Origin: an uncultured Gammaproteobacteria bacterium
GTDB taxonomy: Bacteria > Pseudomonadota > Gammaproteobacteria > UBA9214
Assembly (NCBI GenBank): GCA_963773065.1
Contig: CAVYZN010000014.1
Coordinates: 136,476 to 200,475, forward strand
Direction of reading: 5' to 3'
DNA: 64,000 bases
Below the pieces are notes generated by a model. It did no database searches. It had not been told where the DNA came from and saw nothing but the letters and a program-made list of their open reading frames with translations. The position numbers and the translations under genes were made by a program. Shown one piece after another: positions 23,610 through 36,302 of the stretch; within the stretch, counting starts at the first letter, position 1, and each line of letters starts with the position of its first letter.

Positions 23610-25235
23610 ATGTTGACCGCAATCTGTCACTGGGTTGACCGCAACATCCTCGAGCTGGGTCGCGAACTGCGCCTGAGCTATTTGCCGCCGCTCATGGTGT
23701 ATATGGCGGCCGGCATCTCCGGACTGACGGGCATCGTCGGCACCTTCTTCGTCAAGGACTATCTGGGACTGTCCGCGGAGTTTCTCGCCACCCTCGGCTT
23801 CTGGGCGGGTATCCCCTGGTCGTTGAAGATGCCGCTGGGGCACCTGGTGGACCTCATCTGGCGCTGGAAGGCGGGGCTGGTGTTCCTGGGCGCCGCTCTC
23901 ATCGCCATGAGTCTCGCGATCATGATCGGCCTGATCGGCTATACCGATCTCATGCGCGGGATCATGCCGGTCGAGGCCTGGTTCGTGCTCAGCGCGCTGC
24001 TGGCCCCGGTCGGCTATGTCGTTCAGGACGTGGTCGCGGATGCCATGACGGTCGAGGCCGTGCCGCGCGTGGATGCCGAGGGCAGGGCATATCCCCGCGA
24101 GACCCTCAAACTGATGCACACCACCATGCAGACCCTCGGGCGCGTGGCGATCATCAGCGGCAGCGTCGCCGTGGCCGCGGTCAACCTGTTCATGTTCAAG
24201 GGCGTGGAGACCCTGCCCGAGGCCGCGAAGGTGCACATCTACCAGAACATCTACGCCTTGGCGCTGGTCATACCGGTCATCTCGGTGCTGGGCGTGGGGC
24301 TGGCGGGCGTGCTGCGACTCCGCGACGTACGGCGCCTGCGGCGCAAGGGCTACAGCCGGGCGCAGGCCCACGACCTGCTCTCGGTGCACAGCGAGGCGCC
24401 GGCCCCGAACTGGTGGATCCTGGGCGGCAGCCTGGTGTTCGTCGCCTTCACGATAGCGATGGGACTCTCGGACGTGGCCTGGAATCAGGAAATCATCTTC
24501 GGGGGGTCCCTCGCGATCATCCTGTTTCTCATGAACCGTCTGGTCAAGGCGCTGGAGCCGCAGGCCCGCTACGTGCTGGTCGGCACCGCCATCGTCATCT
24601 TCGTGTTCCGCGCCGTGCCGACGCCCGGCGCCGGCTCCACCTGGTGGATGATCGATACGCTGGGCTTCGACCAGCGCTTCCTGTCGGTGCTGTCGCTGAT
24701 CGGCAGCGCCCTGACGCTGGCGGGCATGTTCATCTTCCGCCGCTTCATGGCGGAGAAGTCGATCGCCTACGTGGTCGGTTTTCTGACCGTCGCCGGCACG
24801 CTGCTCAGCCTGCCGGTCATCGGCATGTACTACGACCTGCACGTATGGACGGCCGCCCACACCGGCGGCATGGTGGATGCGCGCTTCATCGCCCTGGTGG
24901 ACACGGCGCTCGAGTCGCCGCTCGGCCAGATCGCCATGATCCCGATGCTCGCCTGGATCGCCAATTCCGCGCCCGCTCACCTCAAGGCCACCTTTTTCGC
25001 GGTCATGGCCTCGTTCACCAACCTGGCGCTCTCACTGGAGCAACTGGGCACCAAGTACCTCAACGAAGTTTTTACCGTGACACGCGAGGTCAGGGATCAT
25101 GCCACGGGCGCGGTCAGCGTTCCCGCCGATTACAGCGAGCTGGGCATGCTGCTCATCACGGTCACGGCGCTGACCTTGCTGTTGCCGATGGCGGCCATTC
25201 TGTTCGTGAAACTGACCCGTTTCCGCACGGCCTGA
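23610..25235 (+). CDS. BT1/folate-biopterin-like MFS transporter
   Basis: 541 aa, multi-TM; IPWSLKMPLGHLVD, QDVVADAMTVE, ATFFAVMASFTNL. Confidence 0.75.
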   Translation: MLTAICHWVDRNILELGRELRLSYLPPLMVYMAAGISGLTGIVGTFFVKDYLGLSAEFLATLGFWAGIPWSLKMPLGHLVDLIWRWKAGLVFLGAALIAMSLAIMIGLIGYTDLMRGIMPVEAWFVLSALLAPVGYVVQDVVADAMTVEAVPRVDAEGRAYPRETLKLMHTTMQTLGRVAIISGSVAVAAVNLFMFKGVETLPEAAKVHIYQNIYALALVIPVISVLGVGLAGVLRLRDVRRLRRKGYSRAQAHDLLSVHSEAPAPNWWILGGSLVFVAFTIAMGLSDVAWNQEIIFGGSLAIILFLMNRLVKALEPQARYVLVGTAIVIFVFRAVPTPGAGSTWWMIDTLGFDQRFLSVLSLIGSALTLAGMFIFRRFMAEKSIAYVVGFLTVAGTLLSLPVIGMYYDLHVWTAAHTGGMVDARFIALVDTALESPLGQIAMIPMLAWIANSAPAHLKATFFAVMASFTNLALSLEQLGTKYLNEVFTVTREVRDHATGAVSVPADYSELGMLLITVTALTLLLPMAAILFVKLTRFRTA

Positions 25236-25289
25236 TGATAGTCGAGTCCCGGTGAGGTCGCAGGCCGGCTCAGGCTTTGCTCTCTTGCG

Positions 25290-25784
25290 CTATTTCCTGG
25301 AGGCCGTCTGTTCCAGTTTGGCAACCAGGTCGCGGAAAATCTCCTCGTTGCGCTTGTTGAGTTCCATCAGGGCGCGATGCGCCTTGAGCAGGGTGCGGGA
25401 CAGGGTTTCCCTGTCGGCGCCTTCCGGGGGCAATTCCTCTTCCATCCCGGTTTCCACCGACGCTTGGGAGACGATGTCAAAGACTTCATCGAGGGCCATG
25501 CTGGTCAGTACCGCGTTGATCTCGGGGCGGTCCGATACGATGGTTACCCGGGGAGCGTTGTGTGTTTGCATCCACCTGGCAATCCGAACCAGCAGCCCGA
25601 GATTGGTGCTGTCGATGCTGTCGGTTTCGATCAGATCGATGACAAATCCGGCGGGGGGCGGTCCGGCAAATAACCCTTCCAGGAAATGGTCTATGGAGTG
25701 ACTCAGGGTGTAGCGGATATCACCGACGAAACGCAGCACATGAATCCCGTCGTGATTGGCGTGTAGTACCTTGCCGTTATTCAT
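25290..25784 (-). CDS. STAS-domain anti-sigma factor antagonist (RssC-like)
   Basis: VLRFVGDIRY, IDLIETDSIDSTNLGLL, AHRALMELNKRN. Confidence 0.85.
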   Translation of the reverse strand: MNNGKVLHANHDGIHVLRFVGDIRYTLSHSIDHFLEGLFAGPPPAGFVIDLIETDSIDSTNLGLLVRIARWMQTHNAPRVTIVSDRPEINAVLTSMALDEVFDIVSQASVETGMEEELPPEGADRETLSRTLLKAHRALMELNKRNEEIFRDLVAKLEQTASRK

Positions 25785-26967
25785 TATTGCCTTGCCTGGT
25801 GATCACCAAGATGGCGATGTCGTCCGGCAGGTGCTTGTCAGCCAGTATATCCAGGCCCGCGGTCAATTCCTCGAGGTCAAGACCCGCGCCTGCCGTTGAC
25901 TGCGATAGGAAAGCGCTATAGCGCTTCTGAAACGTCTCCACCGGCATCAATTCCAGTATCCCGTCGGATACCATCACCAGGTCGAATGCCGCCGGCAGGT
26001 CGAGCCGGCGGGCGGTGAATTCCGCTTCGCCAAACATGCCGACGGGACGCCCACGGTACTCGAGAGTCCGCACCTCGCGCCCATCGTGCAGAAGGGGGTA
26101 GGGGAATTGCCCTGCGTTGCTGCAGACCAGGGTGTTATCCGCCTGGTTGATTACGCCGTAGAACATGGTGAAGTGTTTGTCGAGGTTCTGACGGTACACA
26201 TCGCGATTGAGGCGCCGCAGGACCAGTTGAGGATGCAAAATGGTGGTGTCGCCCGCCCGCCACAACGCCTCGCGGTACTGGATCATGAGGGTATTGAGCA
26301 TCACGGTCACGAACGCCGAAGCCGCTCCGTGGCCGGAGACATCCGTCATATAGAAGCCGATATGACGATCGTCGATGGGGAAATAGTCCACGAAGTCGCC
26401 GCTGAGATACATGGACGGATACAGACGCCGCCTGAAGGCATACTCGCCAAAGCGCTTGTTGTCTTCCGGGAGCAGTTGCAACTGTATACTGCGCCCGGCT
26501 TCCTCGTCCTCCTGGAGTTGCTGCAGGGTGCGGGTCAGTTCCTGGTTGAGCGTTTCCAGATTCTCGCGGTATTCCCGGTTCTGGCGCAGGAGTTCGGCGT
26601 GATCCAGGACGCGGCGCACGGCGCTCTCCAGCACCGCCATGTCGTGGATGGGTTTGGTGATGTAATCCCAGGCGCCGAGTTTCAGCGCCTGGACGGCGTA
26701 ATTCAGCAGGCTGACGCCGGATACCACGATAACCGGGGTTTCCGGCGATTCGGCGGTGATGGTGGACAGGACCTCCAGGCCGTCCATGCCCGGCAAGCGC
26801 AGATCGCACAACACCACATCCGGCTGCTCGCGCCGGAACATCTCGATGCCGGAGGGGCCGTCATTGGCCTCCAGCATGGTAAAGCCACTATCCTCGAGGT
26901 AAGCCACTATCCCCTTGCGGATTGGTGGTTCGTCCTCGATGGTCAGGATTTTCGCTGCTTCGGCCAT
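25777..26967 (-). CDS. Response regulator with SpoIIE/PP2C phosphatase domain (RssB-like)
   Basis: REC domain (ILTIEDE, LCDLRLPGMDG, YITKP) plus LSGDFVDYF, DVSGHG, SDGI and DDIAIL. Confidence 0.9.
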   Translation of the reverse strand: MAEAAKILTIEDEPPIRKGIVAYLEDSGFTMLEANDGPSGIEMFRREQPDVVLCDLRLPGMDGLEVLSTITAESPETPVIVVSGVSLLNYAVQALKLGAWDYITKPIHDMAVLESAVRRVLDHAELLRQNREYRENLETLNQELTRTLQQLQEDEEAGRSIQLQLLPEDNKRFGEYAFRRRLYPSMYLSGDFVDYFPIDDRHIGFYMTDVSGHGAASAFVTVMLNTLMIQYREALWRAGDTTILHPQLVLRRLNRDVYRQNLDKHFTMFYGVINQADNTLVCSNAGQFPYPLLHDGREVRTLEYRGRPVGMFGEAEFTARRLDLPAAFDLVMVSDGILELMPVETFQKRYSAFLSQSTAGAGLDLEELTAGLDILADKHLPDDIAILVITRQGNNE

Positions 26968-27233
26968 GGTTATGCCCGATGATATCTTTGGTAAAGTTTG
27001 CTCGATTCACACCGTGTTTATCCCGCGTTCCTGGCAGGTTCCCCCGGAATCTGTCATGGCGACAAGGGGTAACGGCGGAGAGTATCCGGAATTGCAGTGA
27101 AAACAACCCACTGGATTCTGGCTCTGGCTCGGCTCCCCCTCGCGCCGAAGATCGAGCGGAATGGCGAATCAACCAGGGACTCCTGTGAGTATAGGCAAGT
27201 ATACCCGTCATGCCCTGCGGGTGGATATGCCTA

Positions 27234-30200
27234 TCAGCGGTGTTTTCCATCGATCGGCAGACGAACGATGAAACAGGTTCCTTCGCCCTGGATGGAGTTG
27301 ACATCGATGGTGCCCTTGTGCTGATCGGTGATTATGAAATAAGACACTGAAAGGCCAAGGCCGGTTCCGGCGCCGACGGCTTTGGTGGTAAAGAACGGTT
27401 CGAATACCCGGCGTCGCGTCATTTCATCCATGCCGGGGCCGTTATCCTCCACTTCGATGCGGGCATATTCCCCTTCCTTGCGGGTGCGCAGCGTGATCCG
27501 GTGCGGGCGCTGACTGCCGTCCATGGCCATGGCCTGGGCGGCGTTCTTGACCAGATTGAGAAGCACCTGCTCGATCTCCGTCGGGTCGCAAATCACCGTA
27601 TCGAGTTCCGGGTCCAGCTCGCGCACGATCTCGACGTGCTTGAAGTCATACTTCTTTTTCAGATCATAGTCATTGGCGGCCAGCCGCACGGCCGTATCCA
27701 GTATCTCTTCAATCCGTGCCGGCTGGTACTCGGTGGTCGTGCCGCGGCTGAAGGCCAGCATATCGGCCACGATGCGGCTGGCGCGGCTGGCCGCCTGGCG
27801 GATGGATTCAACAAAATCAAGGATGCCGCGTTCTTCCAGGTAGCGGTAAACAAGCCGCAGGTCAACGCCTAGCGATTCGGCCACCTGGCGGTTGGCGTCC
27901 AGCTCCTCCGAGAGCCGGCGCTGGATATTCTGGCTGCTCTGCAACACACCGCTCAGCGGATTGTTGATTTCATGCGCCATGCCGGCGGCGAGTCCGCCGA
28001 CCGACATCATCTTCTCCGTCTGCACCATCATCTGCTCGATGCGCACCCGGTCGGTGATATCGTCAACCCGGATCACGGCGCCGATCGCCCCATTGGTCAT
28101 CAGGGGATAGATCATAACGTCCTCATAGCGTGTTTCATCGTTCTTGTCCGTAATCAGACTGAGGCGTTCGGTGCTGATCTGGCCATGCGAACGCATGGCC
28201 TCCTGCAGGTTGGTGAGCTGGGACTCGAGTTCGGGAAACAGCGCGCTGAACGACTGGCCGATGGCCTGTCCGGTCGCCACCCCGGTGGCCTGCTCGGCGC
28301 TCTGATTCCACTCCGTTATCCGTCCCTCCGTATCCACGCCGACCAGAATGGAGGGCATGGAATCGATAATGTTCTTGAGATAGGAACGCATGCGCTGCAA
28401 TTCCTGGTCAAACTGCACGCGCTCGGATATATCGACGATGGAACCGAGGATATGGGTCTCCTGATCCGTCTCCACCGGGCTGAGGCCGATTTCGATGGGG
28501 AACTCGCTGCCATCTTTTCTGAGTCCGAACAGGCTGCGTCCGAGTCCCATGGCCCTGGCGCGATGCTCGCCCAAGAAGCGGGTGCGGTATTCCTCGTGCA
28601 GACCGCGCAGGCGCTCGGGTATCAGCATATCGACTGGCTGTCCCAGCAACTCATCCCGCCGATAACCGAAATATCTTTCCATTTGCGAATTGACGAGGAT
28701 GATACGACCTTGCGCATCCACCATCACGATGCCATTGGGGGCTGACTCGACGACCAGCCGGAATCTCTTTTCCGCAAGCTCGCGCTGGGTGATATCCTCG
28801 ATTTCCCCCACGACCATGAGGGGCTGATTGCGGGCGTCACGGACCAGCCCGGCGCGCGCGCGGACGGTGATGACGACGCCATCCTTGCGGATATAGCGCT
28901 TTTCCAGATCGCAACTGCCGATGTCGCCCTGCATGAGGGCGTGCAAGTGTTTCCAGGTTTCTGCCCGGTCATCGGCATGCGTGATGTCATCGATGGACAG
29001 GCGGGTGAGTTCATCCGCCGGGTAGCCCAGGATATTGCACAGCGTGGGATTGACACTGAGCAACTTGCCGTCCAGTCCGGCGGTCAGGATGCCAATGGGG
29101 GCATGTTCCAACGTCAAACGCAATTGTTCCTCGCGCTGCCGCAGTTGTTCCTCCGCATGCTTCTGGGTGGTGATGTCCTCACCGGAACTCAAGGTGGCGG
29201 TAATGTTGCCCGCATCATCGAGCAGGACGGTATTGTGCCAGGCGATGAGGCGTTCCTCGCCGGAGCTGGTCAGTACCGGATGCTGGTAGTACTCCCGAAA
29301 AGCCGTCTGCCGAACCATCAGCCTGACGAACGATTCCCTGAGCGAATCCCTGCTGCCTGAGGGCACGAAGGTGTCGAACCAGTTCCTGCCGATGATGTCC
29401 TGTTCGGCGTAACCCAGTAATTCGCTGCCTTTCCTGTTGACAAGGATGACTTTCTGGTCGGCCCCGATAATCAGGATGATGACACCGGCGACATCGAGGT
29501 AACGTTGCGCGTTGTCTTTTTCGATCTTCAGGGAGTATTCCGTTTGCTGGCGGTGAATCTCGCTGCCGACCCATTGTCCCATCAGACTGAGGATTTCCTT
29601 GTCCGTGTCCGTGAAGTGTGCCCGGCGCGGGGTCGGGCTGGAGAAGTTGAGGGTGCCATATACTTCTTTACCCGCCACCACCGGGATGCCGATGTAGGTC
29701 TCAAGCTTGAACTCCCGGTAGCACGGGTGGGTATTCCACTCCGACGCCCCGGCATGCTCGAATCCGATCGGGCCATTGGCCCTGATTGTTTCACGGCAAT
29801 AGGTATTCCCAAGGTCGAGGATGTCGCCGGGTTTGATGGTGTCATCGGGAGAGACAATCTGGATGATCTCATACTGCTTCTCATGGATATGCGAGAGTAT
29901 CCCGAGCGGCAGGTTGAACTGCCTGCAGCCGTTTTCTAGCAATGCCCTGAGCCTTTGGGGAAAAGGCAGGTTTTGCGCCGAGGTGATTTCATGCAGTGCG
30001 CGCAGTGTATGCTCGGTCTGCCTGCGTTCGGTGATTTCATTTTTAAGCGCCGCTTCCGCCTGTTCTCGCTCGTGTATCTCCGTCTCCAGCCGGGTATTGC
30101 TCGCGGATAATTGCCGGGTACGAGCGGCGACCCGTTCTTCCAGCCGGGAACGTGATTCAAGGACCGTCTGTTCGGCGCTGGCGCGACGCCTCTCCTCGCG

Positions 30201-31032
30201 TCTGATCAGCACGTACATCGCGGCGCTGAAGAACAGAAATACCAGGAAGATGAGAAATGCCTGGCGTTGCAGCAGTTTCTTGTGGACGTTGTTCAGACCG
30301 GGCTCAGGCAAATCGGCAAGCACCCAGAGACTGCCCTCGACATCAATCGAGGCGCCGATGCGCGCCATCTCATCCGGATTTAATGTGATGCTATTTTTCA
30401 GATCGGCGCGGCTGCCGGCGTCGGTGACCTCGATCAGCCCGGGTCTGTTCCTGTGCAGCAGGATCAATCGATGGTCGTGCAACTGGCTGTTGGCCAGGAT
30501 GCGTGCCAGAACCGCCGGTTTGAAACTGATGAAGAAAATTCCCTTGTGAGCGTCACCGGTCTGCCAACGGGTCATGATGTCGAAATGATAGCCAACGGGA
30601 TTGGGATGGATAAAAACCATTTGCTCATTACCCGCGGCAAAATTCTGGATGTCAGCCTGACACATTTCCGAAATCTTGCCCTCGAAGTCATCCAGCAGCA
30701 CATTACCGCGTTCATCGGTGATGGTATAGGCGAAGTAGTCGGGGAAATGCCGTTTGACTCTGTCCGTGAACTTCTTCTGCATTTCTTCATCCGCGGGATG
30801 TCGGGACAGTTCACCGATGATATTGCTTTCCTCCTCGGCAAACAGGTGTACACGCCGGCGGACCTCTCCGATATACAGTGCCTATTGTCCTGGCCGCGCC
30901 CGCGGTCGAATGCCGCATCAGGGCTTCTTGGCTGCTGAGGTAGCCTTGATTACTTTCTCTCACATACAGCGAAAGGAAAAAGCCGACCAGGGCCAGGATG
31001 ATGACTATGAGCAGGGTTGTGTAATTTTTCAC
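27234..31032 (-). CDS. Membrane sensor histidine kinase with GAF and multiple PAS domains (frameshifted near 5' end)
   Basis: TM segment in the 30811..31032 ORF, a second TM, GAF, about four PAS repeats, [24 protein letters not shown]. Confidence 0.9.
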
Positions 31033-31696
31033 CGGATGTTCGCCACCGTTGAAATGCGGGCTGGGACAGTCCAGTCACACCCATGAACGGTTTTTCCAGT
31101 ATAGACAGTTGTTCAAGCCGAAGCGTATGAAAGCTGGCATCGAGGCCCCGAATACGGTTGACTGATCCGCTCCCTATCATAATTTCCTGCCCTGTTTCCC
31201 GGAAGTGCCGCGTTGGCGATAACTAGGCACGTACCCGCTAAGGGCCTGGCAGGGAATGACATCGTCGCTTCGCTCAAGTATAAAATATCTATATAACAAT
31301 AGGATATAGAATAATCCTCGAACCTCTGGCCCCGTTGCCGGCGTGCGGGGCAGGCAGGCGAAAGGGGTGAGGCAAGCGGCTTGGACACGGCGGGACCGCC
31401 CGCAAGGCGCAGGGCCGGGCGCGACGATCCTTCGCGGTTGGATCCATCTGAAAAATCCGCTTGCCGTTACACAACCCTTTTTGTCTAATCGTGTCCCGAA
31501 TTGAGGGTTTGGATTTCCTGAGCAGGAAAGCCGTGTTCGCGCAGCGGCGATGCATGCCTGGAAGGAAAGAAACGCATCGCATCCTCAAGGCATGCCATGT
31601 CTCCGTGACTCGCCTGCCTTATCGCACGGCGATTGCCGGCGCATGGCATGCCGGATCTGGCGGGCGTTCAGCCACCACCGCAGGGAAGGAGTGATC

Positions 31697-33198
31697 ATGA
31701 CCACCGAGACACCGGAACGGATGCTGGGGAACGAATCACCCGGATCCCGCCAATATCGTCATTTTCGGCGCCACTGGCGACCTTACCAAACGCAAGCTGG
31801 TGCCGGCTCTGGCGCGCATGTATCGCGCCAGGCTGATGCACCCGCAGAGCCGCATCATCGGCGTCGCCCACAAAATGGATGAGGAGGAGTGGTTTGCCAA
31901 GGTCCGCACGGCGCTGGCGACCTTCGCGGCCGATCTGGCGTTCTCGCAGGAGGAATGGCAGGACTTCGCCGCGCATCTGCACCTGGTTCGCGGCGACCTG
32001 GGGGAGGAATCGACCTACACGCGTCTGGCCGAATCACTCGCCACCCTGGATGGTCGGGTCAATGCCATGTTTTACCTGGCCATACCCCCGGACTGGTATG
32101 CCCGTGTCGGACAGTCGCTGGGGCGCGCGCATCTTGCCGATGAGTCGCAAGGCTATCGGCGTATCGTCATAGAAAAACCCTTCGGCCTCGACTGGACATC
32201 GGCGGTCGAGCTGAACCGGCAATTGCAGGGAATCTTCAAGGAGTCGCAGATCTATCGCATCGATCACTACCTGGGCAAGGAAAGCGTGCAGAACCTGTTT
32301 GTATTCCGCTTCGGCAATAGCATCCTGGAGCCGCTGTGGAACCGCAATTACATCGATCATGTGCAGATCTCCGTGGCCGAGACTATCGGCATCGAGTACC
32401 GGGCCGCCTACTATGAAGAGGCCGGGGCGCTGCGTGACATGATCCAGAGCCACTTGATGCAGGTGATGACCCTCGTGGCAATGGAACCGCCCGGCGAGTA
32501 CACCGCCGATGCGGTTCGCGATGAGAAGGTGAAGGTCCTGCGCTCCATCCGGCCGATCCGGCCCGAGAATGTCGATCAGGTCGCGGTGGCGGCCCAGTAC
32601 GGTTCGGGTACGATCGATGGTCAACCGGTGCCGGCCTATGTCAAGGAACCGGGTGTGGCGCCGGATTCCGTGAAGGAGACCTTTGCCGCGGTGCGCTTCT
32701 ATATCGACAACTGGCGTTGGCAGGGCGTGCCATTCGTGCTGTGGTACGGAAAACGGCTACAGAAGCGGGCCTCGGAGATTGTCATCCGGTTTCGCCAGCC
32801 GCCGCACAACCTGTTCGACCCGGCAGGCGAACCGCCGGTCGCCGATGCGCTGGTGTTCCGCCTGCAGCCCGACGAGGGCATGTTCCTGCGCATGAACGCC
32901 AAGGTGCCTGGCCTGACCACCAAAATGCGCCGCCTGGTGATGCGCGGGCCTTACGCCTCGGCCACCGAACCGTTGGTCGAGGCTTATGAAACACTCCTGC
33001 ATGACGTGCTGCAGGGCGATGCCACGCTGTTTTCCCGGGCCGACGAGATCGAGGCATCCTGGAAGATTCTCGGTCCGATCCTCGATGCACTGGAACAATC
33101 GCCTCTCCATCGACCGCTATCGCGCCGGCAGTTGGGAGGTCCCGGATGTGGAACGCCTCTTCGAAGGCTGCGTCGGGGGATGGCACAAGCCGACCTGA
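31697..33198 (+). CDS. zwf: Glucose-6-phosphate 1-dehydrogenase (indels near both ends)
   Basis: IVIFGATGDLTKRKLVP in frame with IEKPFG, YRIDHYLGKE, RDMIQSH and NWRWQGVPF; the C-terminus YRAGSW is in a shifted frame. Confidence 0.93.
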
Positions 33199-33239
33199 AG
33201 GGCTGATGACGGCATGCGGCTTCAGGTAGACTCTGGTTC

Positions 33240-36192
33240 ATGAACGCCCGCGATACCACCGTTCGTTACCCGCTGCATATCACCATCAGCGCCCTGTTCA
33301 TTACCCTGATCGTCTTACTCGGGGTCGTACTCAGCTGGCAGAACTACCGCAAGACATCCAGCATTATCCTGACCACGGCGGAGCAGGTCTTCGGCCAGAT
33401 CACCAGGGAGCTGGTACTCGACTTCAACGGTACCTACCACCCGGTGGCCGGGGCCCTGCAGTTGCTGGCGCTCGCCCCGGTGACCGCGGCTGTCTCCCTG
33501 GAGGAACGCCTCACGTCACTCAGAACCTTTGCCGTGGCGCTTGCCAACGAGCCGTCCGTGTCCGGAATACAGGTAGGCTACGGCAACGGGGACTTCTTCA
33601 TTGTCCGGCCACTCAGGACCGAGGATGCGCGCCGGCACTTCGATGCGCCCGCTGGTGCGGCCTTCATCGCCGATCATGTCGACACAGCGGCCGATGGGGA
33701 GCGCCGCCTCCTGCGGCTTTTTTTCGATGCGCAATTGCAGGAGATCCTGAGAAATCCGGCGGTGGCGACAACCTATGATCCCCGCACGCGCCCCTGGTAT
33801 ACCGCGGCGACCGGCCGGCCGGCCGCTACCCGGCCGTATCTCTTCTATTTTATCGGCAAGGTTGGCGCCACGGTGACGCTGACAACGCCCGTTCCCGGCG
33901 TCGTCGTGGCTTCCGACGTGACCCTGGAGCGGCTTTCCGAGACGACCAGCCGGCATCGCGTGACGGCGAGTTCCGAAGTCGTGCTGGTCGGGGCGGACGG
34001 CAAGGTGCTGGCCTATCGCGATCCCGGGAAACTGGTCAGGGCGTCGGGCGAGCACGGACTCAAGATCGCCGGCCTGTCGGAGCTGGGCAGCGAGGTGCTG
34101 GCGTTTCTCGCCGCCGGTTTTACCCCCGGTGAGCGCTCCCTCGATTTCGTGTTCCAGGGCCAGCGCTGGGTAGGCAGCGTCCGCAAGGTCGCCAGCCCCG
34201 GCGGGGTGGACCTGTTCGCGCTCATGGTCTCGCCGGTGGATGAACTGCTGAGCGAGGCCGTAAGGATCCGCTGGCAGTCGGTCGTCATCACGGCCCTCAT
34301 CATCCTGCTGGCGATCCCGGTCGTCTGGTTCGTGGCGAGAAAGGTTTCCCGCCCCCTGCATCAGCTTGCCGGGGAGGCCGGTCTGATCAGCCGCTTCGAT
34401 TTCGGCAGCCCGATCCGCACGCGCTCCTTCATCAGGGAAGTGGATGAGCTCGCCGTCGCCATGGGAATGATGAAAACCACCATCAGCCGGTTTCTCACGC
34501 TGATCAATTCGCTCGCCGGTGAAAAGAACTTCGATTCGCTGCTCGAGGGCATCACCCGGGAAACCATGTCGGTCAGCCAGGCGGACGGGGTGCTCACCTA
34601 TCTCGTCGATGCGAAGGATGCCTGGCTGGTGCCGGGGACGCTGCAGATACGCGGGCAGGGCGGCTGCGCCGTCGAGGGTCTGCCGCGCTTTGCCATGGCC
34701 GGCGCCGATGCGCTGGTAAGCGCCGCCCGGGGGAAGGAGAGCCGCCTGCTGTCGCCTGCGTGCGGGAGAGGAGAGCGGGCTGAAGCCGTTGCTGGAACGC
34801 TTCGGCGTCAAGGCGCTTAACCTTATCGCACTGCCGTTGCGCAACCGGCAGGATGCGGTCATCGGCGTCCTGTGCCTGCTGTATCGGGAGGCAGAGGGCG
34901 GCGATCACGCCGGGCAGCCGCAGGAAGGCCACATCGCCTTCGTTCGTGCGCTTTCCGGTTTCGCCGCGGTGTCGCTGGAAAGCCGCCACCTGCTGATGAT
35001 GCAGGAGGCGCTGCTCGATGCCTTCATCAAGCTCATCGCCGGGGCCATCGACTCCAAGTCGCCTTATACCGGCGGTCACTGCCAGCGGGTGCCGGTGCTG
35101 ACCCGCCTGCTGGCCGAGGCGGCGTGCGCTAGCGATGCCCCGGCGTTCAGCGGTTTCAATCTCGACGAGGAGCAATGGGAAGCCCTGAATATCGCGAGTT
35201 GGCTGCATGACTGCGGCAAGGTCACCACACCGGAGTACGTGGTCGACAAGTCGACCAAGCTGGAGACCCTCTACGACCGCATCCACGAGGTGCGCATGCG
35301 CTTCGAGGTGCTCAAGCGCGATGCCGCCATCCGCTACTGGGAGGCACTGGCCGGTGGCGGCGAGCGCGAGGCGCTGCGGCAGACGCTGCAGGCGGAATGT
35401 GACCGTCTGGACGATGACTTCGCCTTTGTCGCCGCCTGCAATGAAGGCGGCGAGTCGCTTGCCGCCGACAAGATAGAACGCCTGCGGCAGATCGCGCAGC
35501 GGACCTGGAGGCGCACCCTCGATGACCGCATCGGCATTTCCTGGGAGGAGAAACTGCGCAAGAGCGCGACGCCGGCCGCGGCCCTGCCGGTTGAGGAAAG
35601 ACTGCTCGACGACAAGATCGAGCACCTGATCGAAAGAACCGAAGCCGATCGCATGCCCGTGGACAATCCCTGGGGATTCCGCCTCGACGTCCCGCGGTAC
35701 AAGTACAACCGGGGCGAACTCTACAATCTCGCCGTCGAGCGCGGCACGTTAACGCCCGAGGAGCGTTACCAGATCAACGACCACATCGTGCAGACCATCA
35801 TCATGCTGGAGAAACTGCCGTATCCCCGGCACCTGCGCGAGGTGCCCATGATCGCCGGCTGCCATCACGAAAAGATGGACGGCGGTGGCTACCCGAAACG
35901 TCTGACCAGCGCCGAGATGCCGCTTACCGCGCGCATGATGGCGATCGCCGATATCTTCGAGGCGCTCACCGCCTCGGACCGCCCCTACAAGAAAGCCAAG
36001 ACGCTGAGCGAGGCGGTGTGCATCATGCACCGCATGAAGGATGACCGGCACATCGATCCCGACCTGTTCGAATTGTTCCTCACCAGCGGCATCCACCTCG
36101 AATACGGCCGCCGCTTCCTGCATCCAGACCAGATAGACGAGGTGGATATCGGCCGGTATCTGGGCGGGTCTGCTGCATCTCGCGGCAGTTGA
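33240..36192 (+). CDS. Cache/HAMP/GAF-linked HD-GYP cyclic dinucleotide phosphodiesterase (one indel near 34760)
   Basis: YDPRTRPWY, HAMP, IDSKSPYTGGHCQRV, LHDCGK, HHEKMDGGGYP, IADIFEALTASDRPYK. Confidence 0.92.
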
Positions 36193-36239
36193 CCCCTACC
36201 TATCAAGAAAAACCGCTACCTTCCTACCTTCGTTTCCGA

Positions 36240-36275
36240 AAAAATACCCCCGGTCGTAAGACCGATGCCGGGGGG
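36240..36275 (-). terminator. Probable intrinsic terminator between convergent genes
   Basis: CCCCCGG...CCGGGGG stem followed by TATTTTTT on the minus strand. Confidence 0.6.
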
Positions 36276-36302
36276 AATTTACGGAGACACGGAAATTGTT
36301 CT

